A stretch of DNA of 63,053 bases, counting the filler. It is 3 parts of 3 records of this genome, joined end to end, with 100 filler letters (N's around TTAATTAATTAA, not from the genome) between each part and the next. Parts side by side here need not be neighbours in the genome. Positions count along the whole stretch, not along the records: positions 1 to 26,296 come from SRR31156797_4799; positions 26,397 to 45,343 come from SRR31156797_4818; 1 more part is not named here. One strand, 5' to 3'. Under the pieces are notes generated by a model that was not told the DNA's origin, ran no database searches, and saw nothing but the letters and a program-made list of their open reading frames with translations. Numbering within the stretch: position 1 is the stretch's first letter; every line of letters begins with the position of its first letter. The position numbers and the translations under genes were made by a program. Shown here in pieces: positions 18,841-27,882 of the stretch.

Positions 18841-20034
18841 CTAATGACCACCTGCAACCTGCGGTTTCCACTTCATTAAAGAGAGGATAACCAAAGATGC
18901 CAACAGAATTAAACCAATGGTGCCGAAACAGTAGGCAGGGTATCCGCCGATTGCAATAAGCCATGAACCACCGAAAGGACCGGCAAAAGACCCAAAGTGC
19001 ATGGCAAGCATCATCATATTGGCATTGTACCCTTGAAACTGCGGTTCAGAATTCAAATACATCAAGGCATTGAGAGGAGGAATACAAAGCCCCATGCCGA
19101 TGCCAAAGAGGACAGCAACGGCAAAAAACAGGGGGCCGCTGACACCAACGGCAAGGAAACCATAGCCAATACCAGTAATAATTAAGGCAGATAGTATGAG
19201 ATGCTCTTTGCTGTACAAATCAAAAATTCTACTGCCAAACAAGCGCATGGTAACCATAATACCCATTTGGATAGTAAAAAAATAGCCAGGGTTATCTATT
19301 CCCTGCTCCCTACCGTAGCCTTTGAGAAAATAGAACAAGGACGAAAAAAGGAAAAAATAACTCGCGTTAACAAAGAGTATTCCTGCAACCTGTCCACGAA
19401 GCAGATTCTGACGATACCCGCTCTTAACAGACGGCTCACCTGCTGCCTCTTTATCGGCACTTGTATGGCTGCAAATCTTCTCCTTTAGGACTGCTGTAAA
19501 AAATACCGTCGGCACCAGAAGCAAGGCGGTCAACATATACATGGTTGCCGGATTGGTAAACCAGGATTGAGTCAACTCAGTTATGGCAGGCATGATGGAA
19601 TACGGGAGCAGCATGGCAACTGAGTACAAACTGAAAGCCAGGCCAGCTTGCAGCGGGGGAATCACTGCCACAAAAAGGGTCATGCACGATGCCATGGTTA
19701 AAAACAACCCCATACCACTTGCTATCCTAATCAATGCGAGGTGAAGCATTGAGGTCGAAAACTGGTAGGCGACGCCGCAACATGCAGTAATGAGCAAACC
19801 GATTACCATGATGGCACAGGCATTTCTGGTCGTTATAAATCTACTTACGCTCCCATACATAAGCATTGATGTCAAAGGATAGAGACCAATGATCAGCCCT
19901 GTCTCCTGGGTTGAAAATCCAAGGCCCCGCAAATATGGAAAAAAATTAAAAAAAACGGCAGTATTGCAAAGAGTAAGAAAAGTAACGGCACAGAGTGCTA
20001 AAAAATCTCTGCCAAAGAGTAGTCTACTCGTCAT
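18841..20034 (-). CDS. MFS transporter
   Basis: About 12 hydrophobic segments; AAGAGG before ATG at 20034. Confidence 0.85.
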   Translation of the reverse strand: MTSRLLFGRDFLALCAVTFLTLCNTAVFFNFFPYLRGLGFSTQETGLIIGLYPLTSMLMYGSVSRFITTRNACAIMVIGLLITACCGVAYQFSTSMLHLALIRIASGMGLFLTMASCMTLFVAVIPPLQAGLAFSLYSVAMLLPYSIMPAITELTQSWFTNPATMYMLTALLLVPTVFFTAVLKEKICSHTSADKEAAGEPSVKSGYRQNLLRGQVAGILFVNASYFFLFSSLFYFLKGYGREQGIDNPGYFFTIQMGIMVTMRLFGSRIFDLYSKEHLILSALIITGIGYGFLAVGVSGPLFFAVAVLFGIGMGLCIPPLNALMYLNSEPQFQGYNANMMMLAMHFGSFAGPFGGSWLIAIGGYPAYCFGTIGLILLASLVILSLMKWKPQVAGGH

Positions 20035-20112
20035 AGTTCCTCTTGCTATCGGGAAAGTTAAAAAATCCGAGCATACTACATACTCCACCAATTCAACTTA
20101 AAAAAATTAAAA

Positions 20113-20856
20113 ATGTTTGAATGGTTCATCTTAATAAACGCTGGTTTCTTTGCTGGTATTCTTAATGCTATTGCAGGGGGCGGTAGTTTTCTGACCTTCC
20201 CGGCCTTGGTTTACGCAGGGATACCACCGGTGAGTGCCAATGCTACCAGCGCGGTGGCTGTCTTTCCAGGGTACCTTGGTGCGGTTGCAGGATTTAGAAA
20301 AGAACTGTTTGCCTTTGATAAAAAAATCCTGCGTCATTATCTCACCCTTGCCATTATCGGTGGGCTCATGGGTTCACTTTTACTTTTAGTGACCTCCAAT
20401 ACTGTTTTTTCTTTAGTTGTTCCCTGGCTCCTCCTTTTTGCGACATTGGTTTTCGCTTTTGGTAAGCGCTGTACAGACTGGCTTGCAACTGCATATAAGC
20501 CAGTGCATAAGGCTGAAACGCCAATTTTGCTGGCTGTATCCATATATGGAGGCTATTTCAATGGTGGGCTTGGGATTATCCTTCTGGCTGCATTTATTAC
20601 TTTTGGAATGCAGGATCTACATTTAATGAACGGGCTGAAAAACGGCCTGTCACTTATCCTGTCAACGGTTTCTGTGATTACCTTTGCCATTGCAGGTATT
20701 GTTCAATGGCCGCAGGCAGTTGTTATGATGGTGGCAACTACCATTGGGGGATACCTGGGGGCACTTATTGCCAAGGCTCTGCCTGCAAGACTGTTACGAC
20801 TGAGCGTTGTGAGCATAGGCTTTGTTATGACCATCATTTTCTTTCTGCGCTATTAA
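20113..20856 (+). CDS. TauE/SafE (TSUP) family transporter
   Basis: NAIAGGGSFLTFP and YGGYFNGGLG motifs. Confidence 0.9.
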   Translation: MFEWFILINAGFFAGILNAIAGGGSFLTFPALVYAGIPPVSANATSAVAVFPGYLGAVAGFRKELFAFDKKILRHYLTLAIIGGLMGSLLLLVTSNTVFSLVVPWLLLFATLVFAFGKRCTDWLATAYKPVHKAETPILLAVSIYGGYFNGGLGIILLAAFITFGMQDLHLMNGLKNGLSLILSTVSVITFAIAGIVQWPQAVVMMVATTIGGYLGALIAKALPARLLRLSVVSIGFVMTIIFFLRY

Positions 20857-20975
20857 AGCACCTTTTTCTCCCCTTTGCCGCTAGACATTTTTCAAAAAAA
20901 ACTACCGAACAACCGCTTGTAATCAAATGTTTTTTTTTATAGCCAAGTAAATAACTATTAAAACCGCTTGCTTTT

Positions 20976-20994
20976 CAAGACGACTGGTCACATT
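20976..20994 (+). promoter_or_regulatory. TetR operator candidate, copy 1
   Basis: CAAGACGACTGGTCACATT, identical to 21625-21643, directly upstream of the TetR start. Confidence 0.75.
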
Positions 20995-21002
20995 GTAAAG
21001 AA

Positions 21003-21594
21003 ATGAAAGAAAAGCAAAAAGATAAAAAACTACTGATCATAAGAAAAGGTCTCAAAGCACTGTACCAGAAGGGATACAATGCCACTGGAGTCAAAGAAAT
21101 TACAGATGCTGCCGGTATTCCCAAAGGCAGTTTTTTATAACTATTTCCAATCCAAAGAAGATTTTGCGGTTGCAGCAATGCAGTATTTCACCGGTAAAGA
21201 ACTGTCAGTGATGGACGAAATTCTGAACGATCAGGAGACACCACCTCTTCAGCGCATTGAAAATTTATACCGAATGAAAATCGACCACTTTATCAACCGA
21301 GGAAAATTTTCGTTTGGCTGCTTTCTTTGCAACATCACCCTAGAAATGGCTGATGTAAGCGAAGTTATTGCCACCGAGGCTTCAAGCGCGTTTAGCAAGG
21401 AATATCAGCCAATTACCAAGTGTCTGAAGGAAGCACAACTCAAAGGTGACTTACCCGCTGATCGAGATATTTACCAATTAACAGACTTGCTGCGTAACAG
21501 CTGGCTGGGAGCACTGGTGATTATGAAAGCTAATAGAAATCAACAACCACTGGATAGTTTTCAAAAGACATTACGGCACGTTATACTCTGTTAA
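21003..21594 (+). pseudogene. TetR-family regulator (AcuR/NemR-like) with +1 frameshift in a T run
   Basis: MKEKQKD...KGYNATGVKEITDAAGIPKGSF continues as FYNYFQSKEDF in the next frame; T6 at 21131-21136; may be a sequencing error. Confidence 0.85.
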
Positions 21595-21624
21595 AGCAAT
21601 TGCATTAAAAAAACGCCCATAAAC

Positions 21625-21643
21625 CAAGACGACTGGTCACATT
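21625..21643 (+). promoter_or_regulatory. TetR operator candidate, copy 2
   Basis: Same 19-mer, directly upstream of the RBS of the oxidoreductase. Confidence 0.75.
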
Positions 21644-21659
21644 CAAAAAGGAGCAGAAC

Positions 21660-22664
21660 ATGGAAAACATCACATTCAAGGCAATGATCGTAACGGAATC
21701 TGACGACAAGAAATTCACCCGTGAAATCAAGAACAAACAGCTCAATGATCTCCCTGAAGGAGAGGTAGTTATCAATGTCAAATACTCCTCCTTGAATTAT
21801 AAGGATGCCCTCTCTGCAACCGGCAACAAAGGTGTAAGCCGCTATTATCCGCACACGCCTGGTATTGATGCAGCTGGTGTGGTCGTAGAAAGCACAAACA
21901 GTAATTTTACCCCTGGCGAGGAAGTATTGATTACCGGCTATGACCTTGGCATGAATACAACTGGTGGGTATCAGGAATACATCAGAGTTCCGGCTAACTG
22001 GATAGTAAAATTACCAGAGAACCTTAGCCTGCGCGAAAGCATGATCTACGGTACAGCCGGTTTTACAGCAGCTCTCTCCTGTTACAAGATGATCAACAAT
22101 GGGGTAACTCCTGGAAATGGTCCGGTACTGGTAACCGGTGCCACCGGCGGAGTCGGCAGTATAGCACTTTCAATCCTGGTCAAATCGGGGTACGAGGTGG
22201 TTGCTGTTAATGGTATTGTTGATGAAACAGAATATCTTAAAAAACTTGGCGCAAAAGAGGTCATCTCCATCGAAGAGGCAGATGACAAGAGCGGGCGCCC
22301 TATTCTTAAGCCCCGTTGGGCTGGAGCCATTGATACGGTAGCCGGAAATATCCTTTCCACCGCTATCAAGACAACCAAATATGGTGGATCCGTTACCTGT
22401 TGCGGTAATGTTGGATCGGCAGAGTTAGCTTCCTCAATCTACCCTTTTATCCTTAACGGAGTGAGTCTGCTGGGAATTGACTCGGTAAACTGTCCGGTGG
22501 AAACCAGGATGGCGGTTTGGAACAAAATCGCTTCCGATTGGAAATTGGATTATCTCGACGATATAACCACTGAGCTGCCAAACATGGAAGCACTTGATGA
22601 GCGTATCGACCTCATCCTGCAAGGCAAAAACAGAGGCCGGGCCATCGTTAAAATTACAGAATAG
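21660..22664 (+). CDS. acuI: YhdH/YhfP/AcuI family oxidoreductase (acryloyl-CoA reductase-like)
   Basis: YSSLNYKDAL, GTAGFTA, VTGATGGVGS, PFILNGVSLLGIDSV. Confidence 0.88.
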   Translation: MENITFKAMIVTESDDKKFTREIKNKQLNDLPEGEVVINVKYSSLNYKDALSATGNKGVSRYYPHTPGIDAAGVVVESTNSNFTPGEEVLITGYDLGMNTTGGYQEYIRVPANWIVKLPENLSLRESMIYGTAGFTAALSCYKMINNGVTPGNGPVLVTGATGGVGSIALSILVKSGYEVVAVNGIVDETEYLKKLGAKEVISIEEADDKSGRPILKPRWAGAIDTVAGNILSTAIKTTKYGGSVTCCGNVGSAELASSIYPFILNGVSLLGIDSVNCPVETRMAVWNKIASDWKLDYLDDITTELPNMEALDERIDLILQGKNRGRAIVKITE

Positions 22665-22687
22665 AATCGCATAGCTGCACATTACAG

Positions 22688-22714
22688 AGAGGGCAGAATA
22701 TCACTGCCCTCTTT
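22688..22714. terminator. Terminator between convergent genes
   Basis: AGAGGGCAG-N7-CTGCCCTCT then TT. Confidence 0.7.
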
Positions 22715-24301
22715 CTACAATTGAGACTCTATAGGCAGCAGCGCCATTAAACTGACCAGCAATCGCTTGAAAAAAGATGTATCTGGTTCCACCCTCCGTA
22801 CCACCTCCCTGCCGTCTTCCTTCCGGACCCACTCCACATCATCGCCGCCGTAATTATCAGGAACCAATCGCAACCGATAAACATTTTTATTTTTCCGCTC
22901 GTCAAAAGTATTCCCTAATCTCTGCCCGAGTTCCGGGGATTCAAAGACGATCCCAAGTTCCGTATTCTGATCGGCTGAACGCGGATCAAAATTAAACGAA
23001 CCTATAAACAGTTTCTGCCGATCAAAAATATACGATTTTGCATGAAGGCTTGCCTTAGATGCACCTCCGAAAACTTGCTGTTTTTTCCCTCCCTGCTGGA
23101 CAGCATCAATAGCTACTTCATATAATTCCACACCAGCCCGCAGCAAGTCTTTCCTGTATTTTGCATATCCACAGTGAACAACAGCGACATCTGTGGAGGC
23201 TAGTGAGTTGGTAAGAATACGAACTTTAACTCCCTTCCGCCGCAATTTTTCAAAAAAAGCAACTCCCTCTTTTCCAGGAACAAAATAGGCGCTCAGCATT
23301 ATAAACTCTGAGCTCAAACCATTTACCAATGGTTCAAGTTGGGTGGCTAAATGCAGTTCTTTTGCGTCCAGGTCAGCACTGATTTTATCTGGATCGTCGT
23401 AAACGGCCACAGCCTGTCCCCATGAAAAAGAGACCACATTCTTTTTCAACTCTCTACCGAATTCCGAAGCATTGAGGGCTTTAATATATTGCTCTGCTTT
23501 AGGCTGTTCTGTATATGCCTCCAGCAACGGTCTGGCTCGATCAAGAGCTTCTGGATCTGCCTTTTGGGAGGACACAAGTTCCACAGGGTAGGACAGTGGA
23601 TTATTCCAATACGCGTCAAACGATTGTGAAATGTCGTTGACCACCGGCCCTATCGCTAAAACGTCCATATCACCAAAAGCAAGTTCAGGGTCTGCGGCAA
23701 AATACTCGTTACCGATATTTCGACCGCCAACGATGGTGGCCTGGTTATCAATGGTTAACGATTTATTATGCATCCGGCGGGTTACGCTGCCAAATCGGGT
23801 GATTAACTGGGTTACCCTGGAACTACCACGAATAAAAGGATTAAAAATACGAACAGAAATATTCGGATGCTGGCCAAAGGTGAATAAATTGAGATCACGC
23901 CCTTCAAGGCCCATATCATCAAGGAGAAGGCGTATTCTGACACCTCTATCAGCTGCCTGCAAAAGCAACTCAGCAAGGAGACCGCCTACCAAATCAGAAT
24001 GATACAGATAATATTGCATATCAATACTTTTTTCAGCGGCCAGTATAAGTGCAGCCCTCGCCACAAAAGCATCGATGCCGTTATTCAGCAAATAAAAACC
24101 GGACTTATCAGGATGCTGTTCTTTGTCGTCTGCAAATACGGTGGCAAGGTGTGTCTGCTCTGTTGCAGGCATCACGGTTGTCAGTGCCATGTTACTGTTA
24201 TCAGGCAACTTGGCACAACCAGTAGAAATGAACAGAATAATGATACTTGTAGCCAGCCAACGTGCTCTCCAACTTGCAAAACACCTACTTCCCATGCCCA
24301 T
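22715..24301 (-). CDS. Phospholipase D family lipoprotein (ClsC/YmdC-like)
   Basis: Two HKD motifs (RMHNKSLTID, SLHAKSYIFD); lipobox STGC. Confidence 0.9.
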   Translation of the reverse strand: MGMGSRCFASWRARWLATSIIILFISTGCAKLPDNSNMALTTVMPATEQTHLATVFADDKEQHPDKSGFYLLNNGIDAFVARAALILAAEKSIDMQYYLYHSDLVGGLLAELLLQAADRGVRIRLLLDDMGLEGRDLNLFTFGQHPNISVRIFNPFIRGSSRVTQLITRFGSVTRRMHNKSLTIDNQATIVGGRNIGNEYFAADPELAFGDMDVLAIGPVVNDISQSFDAYWNNPLSYPVELVSSQKADPEALDRARPLLEAYTEQPKAEQYIKALNASEFGRELKKNVVSFSWGQAVAVYDDPDKISADLDAKELHLATQLEPLVNGLSSEFIMLSAYFVPGKEGVAFFEKLRRKGVKVRILTNSLASTDVAVVHCGYAKYRKDLLRAGVELYEVAIDAVQQGGKKQQVFGGASKASLHAKSYIFDRQKLFIGSFNFDPRSADQNTELGIVFESPELGQRLGNTFDERKNKNVYRLRLVPDNYGGDDVEWVRKEDGREVVRRVEPDTSFFKRLLVSLMALLPIESQL

Positions 24302-24484
24302 TTCTCCTTTGCCATAGATTACCAGTAAAGGTCTTTGTATCTATCCAGTATACTTTACTTTCTGAACTTTTGAGAAAAAAACATACTCAAAAACCCATTC
24401 TCTTCGCGGCTTCTTATATTCTGTAGATGGATCCCCTTGCCCATAAATCAGGATACCCAATAATTACCACAAGGTGACACGACC

Positions 24485-25278
24485 ATGAAAGCTGCCTTTT
24501 TACTGTGCATCATATCGTTTATGAGTTGTTGGTTACCAAATGCGCAGGCAATTGATCATAATCTCTGGGACGGACTTCTTAAAAGGCATGTTCAAGTGAT
24601 CAACGGTGGAAACAGTACCCAGGTAGACTATGCAGAATTTGCAATGGAGAAAGATATCCTGCAGCAATACCTTCAGCAACTATCATCAATCACGGTCACT
24701 GAATTTGACAACTGGCCCCAAAACGAACAACTCGCTTTTCTCATTAATGCCTACAATGCCTGGACCGTTGCCTTGATTTTAACCAAGTATCCAGACCTAT
24801 CATCAATTAAGGATCTTGGATCCTTTTTTCAAACACCATGGAAAAAAAGTTTTATTCCGCTGTTGGGAAAAGAACGCAGCCTGGATAATATTGAACATAA
24901 CCTGATTAGAGGGTCAGGGCGATACAATGAACCTCGGATCCACTTTGCTGTTAATTGCGCCAGCATTGGCTGTCCGGCACTGCGGCTGAAGCATTTAGAG
25001 CAGACCACCTGGAAGATCAATTTGAGGAAGCAGCCAAAAATTTCCTGCAAGACAACCAGCGTAATCGTTACGAAGATGACACCTTAAAAATTTCTTCTCT
25101 TTTCAAGTGGTACAAAAAAGATTTCGCACAAGGTTGGCGGGGTGCAAAAACGCTGCATCATTTTTTGGCATTGTATCATGAGTCGTTACAGATACCTGCA
25201 ACCCAACTCACACGACTTAACAACGGCGATATCGACATAGTTTATCTTGAATACGATTGGCGTCTCAACGATACGTAA
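24485..25278 (+). pseudogene. DUF547 exported protein with -1 frameshift near 24985
   Basis: AFLINAYNA and EPRIHFAVNCASIGCPALR continue as AEAFRADHL...ISSLFKWY...YDWRLND in another frame; G run one base short. Confidence 0.85.
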
Positions 25279-25427
25279 TGAAGTTAAACAGTGCCCTTAT
25301 ATTCTAGGGGGTTGTAGTAAACAATAAATTTTGCTATGAGCTTGACCGGAAAGCTAAGGCTCACTCATTAACCAGAATGGAATATATTCTTCTGCCATTA
25401 CTGGCTACAAACACAACCCCCACTTAG

Positions 25428-25604
25428 GAGTTGTCCGTAAATTAGTTTGACAATATCGCGCTCATATTTAGGTTAGCTTTGGATGGTCTAATTGAACAAA
25501 GCCACAGGCGTAGTTGAGCTACGTTGAGGACTTTGTGATCGAAGATCAGCTAAAGATACCCTGAAGATGCGATGCTAGATGTTCAAGTTATTTACAGACA
25601 GCTC
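25428..25604. mobile_element. MITE-like palindromic element (177 bp)
   Basis: Imperfect 25-bp terminal inverted repeats (GAGTTGTCCGTAAATTAGTTTGACA vs reverse complement GAGCTGTCTGTAAATAACTTGAACA); central CGTAG..CTACG hairpin; non-coding. Confidence 0.65.
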
Positions 25605-25638
25605 GTTAACCTTATAGACGAGCCCCACGGGAGCATCC

Positions 25639-26133
25639 ATGCAAAATTATATTTATGTCGTCGGTGAAGAGCAGTCTGCCATTATTCCTGAAAACCCTGA
25701 GGTATTGCAATTTACCAGTACCAATATGGGTGAGATAGATACCGAAGAGCTAATGTTGGTGATTGGTAATGTTTTTGGCAAAGGCGAATTTTTCCCAGGG
25801 CCTGAAGAAGTACTGACGTCCGTCATTCATGAAGTGGTAAGAAGGTGGGAGGAGTATCAAGAACAAAAAAAAGAGGGTAACTACTGCGTATTATTAACTG
25901 CTCTACGACTCATAGACGGACAGATAGAGACATCGCCTTTATCGATCATCTCAACCGGTGATCAACCGTTATCAGCAAATGACAATGATCAATTCTACAC
26001 ATTGCTGCTCGACCAGCTGCCAAGCTTTCAGGAAAAATTAACGCAAAAAGCCTACGCCCCTGATTCAAAGCTGATAACGATCATCAAGGATGCAGCAAAG
26101 CACCATGAGCTTAAAGAAGCCCCTTCGGCCTAA
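25639..26133 (+). CDS. Hypothetical protein
   Basis: GGAG before ATG; plausible acidic composition; no recognised motif. Confidence 0.7.
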   Translation: MQNYIYVVGEEQSAIIPENPEVLQFTSTNMGEIDTEELMLVIGNVFGKGEFFPGPEEVLTSVIHEVVRRWEEYQEQKKEGNYCVLLTALRLIDGQIETSPLSIISTGDQPLSANDNDQFYTLLLDQLPSFQEKLTQKAYAPDSKLITIIKDAAKHHELKEAPSA

Positions 26134-26296
26134 GGAGTTATCAAGGCTTACGGAAACTCTTCAGCGAATAACAAACAACCTCGCCTTAACCCTGATCTGT
26201 AATTGTTTCAGCAGTGCTCCGGATGTGTACAAGCAAGCTGGATAACTATAGTAATGCTAGGTTTTCCTGCCTGATCGTGCGCAGAGGTAAGCGCAG

Positions 26297-26396
26297 NNNN
26301 NNNNNNNNNNNNNNNNNNNNNNNNNNNNNNNNNNNNNNNNTTAATTAATTAANNNNNNNNNNNNNNNNNNNNNNNNNNNNNNNNNNNNNNNNNNNN
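26297..26396. other. Artificial contig spacer
   Basis: N44-TTAATTAATTAA-N44 (stops in all six frames). Confidence 0.99.
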
Positions 26397-26419
26397 CCGA
26401 CAGTGGTTGGAAAAACAAT

Positions 26420-27142
26420 CTATCTTATCATGGTCAACCGCTTTACCCCCCTAATCTGCCTGAAATTGGCTCCTTGGCTGACACACCTTAAGGCCTGTTC
26501 GGGGTTCACAACCTTTGTACCCGATATGGCACCCACTCCATGGTCAAAAAGGACAGGGGCGAGGGGCGCTGTATCGCCTAGCAAAATCACATAGGCATCA
26601 GGACTACATAGTTCAAGGAGGTGATCCAGGGTATGGTTTGTTAAGGCGGTCCCTGTGATGGCTATAACATCGGCCTGGGGAATAAGGGCCCCTGCTTCAG
26701 TCTCATGGAAATCGCCCTCTTTTGGGTTCTTCTCAATAACCCAGACCTCTTTTGCAATCTCGCGAACCTTGGGAATAAAAGGAAAGTGACCCACAATCGC
26801 CACTTTCTTGTCCCTCCCCTTTTCTTTGATTAGTTCGGCAGCATTGAGCTCCATACAAGAATCCTCTTCTATTTCCAGGAGAGAATTGATAGTGGCCATG
26901 CCGATAGCCGACTCAAGTATGCTTTGGGAATAGGCCAATCGGGCCAGCTCCCGAGGGTCTTTGTCCAATAAAAACCCCGGCTCTTTTATCATCGGTGGTT
27001 TTTGGCGGAGTGCATCTCGCGGCAGGGTTGCAGCCAACCCACAGTTTCGAGTCAAAACACCTGTATGAAACACCCCTTGACGGATATCCTTCACAACAGT
27101 ATCAAAGTTCAATATCGACATCAAATCATCTATAATATTCAT
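26420..27142 (-). CDS. DUF364 family protein (putative heavy-metal chelation, Rossmann-like)
   Basis: AIGMATINS, VAIVGHFP, AITGTALTNHTL. Confidence 0.85.
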   Translation of the reverse strand: MNIIDDLMSILNFDTVVKDIRQGVFHTGVLTRNCGLAATLPRDALRQKPPMIKEPGFLLDKDPRELARLAYSQSILESAIGMATINSLLEIEEDSCMELNAAELIKEKGRDKKVAIVGHFPFIPKVREIAKEVWVIEKNPKEGDFHETEAGALIPQADVIAITGTALTNHTLDHLLELCSPDAYVILLGDTAPLAPVLFDHGVGAISGTKVVNPEQALRCVSQGANFRQIRGVKRLTMIR

Positions 27143-27236
27143 GCATCCTCCAATCCCATTTGAAGCTGATTTGCAAGGCTCACCGGTTCAACGTTCAGGG
27201 TTAGGGACTGAAGCCCCGATCGGCTGATAAACCTTA

Positions 27237-27252
27237 TTCAATATCTATGCCA
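27237..27252 (-). promoter_or_regulatory. Sigma-54 promoter candidate for the DUF364 gene
   Basis: TGGCAT-AGATA-TTGAA on the minus strand (-24/-12 with a variant -12). Confidence 0.55.
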
Positions 27253-27398
27253 CAATGGCAACAGTTTTCTTTTTAAGTAAAAATTCAAAAAAACATAGTT
27301 TTACCGAATTGTAAACACTTGTCAAAAAATCGATTAACCGCTCAACCCCCTCCTAGCGTTATGCATATGATTGGTAACGCAAAGGAATCAAGCATGGA

Positions 27399-27428
27399 TT
27401 GACAAACGGAGGCACCGTTACCTATAAT
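27399..27428 (+). promoter_or_regulatory. Sigma-70 promoter
   Basis: TTGACA-N18-TATAAT, both hexamers perfect. Confidence 0.75.
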
Positions 27429-27514
27429 AATGGTAACGTTTCGATTGTTTTTTTTAACGTTACGGTAACGGATCTAACGGTAAGCATGGAATGGGAAAAA
27501 ATCGAAGAAAGCAG

Positions 27515-27853
27515 ATGTCCGAGATTCAAAACAGCATCCAGGATATCCTGGATCCCAACTTTGCACGGTTGCTCTTGGAGTCCATGGCTGACGGCGTGTT
27601 CACCCTGGATAACAAAGGGAAGATAACGTCATGGAATCCGTCCATGGAACGTATTACAGGTTACACGGCTGCGGAAGCGGTTGGAAAAAGCTGTATGTTC
27701 CTCAACTTCAGCCGGTGTGTTTCCAAAACCTGCCCCTCCGGGATCGGCGAATGCGGGATTTTTAAACAATCCGCCGTGGATGCCAAGGAATGCTTTCTGC
27801 GCCACAAGGACGGCCATATGGAAATATATGAAAAAATGGGATATTCCCCTTAA
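27515..27853 (+). pseudogene. Truncated PAS domain (probable N-terminus of a sigma-54 activator)
   Basis: LLESMADGVFTLD..GKITSWN.SMERITGY..EAVGKSC, breaks after LRHKDGH into a short unrelated tail. Confidence 0.6.
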
Positions 27854-27882
27854 GCGACCCTGACGGGGAAAAACAGGAGATC

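Noticed and set aside
26341-26352. TTAATTAATTAA palindrome repeated at 45388
   Set aside because: Synthetic six-frame stop linker inside N padding.
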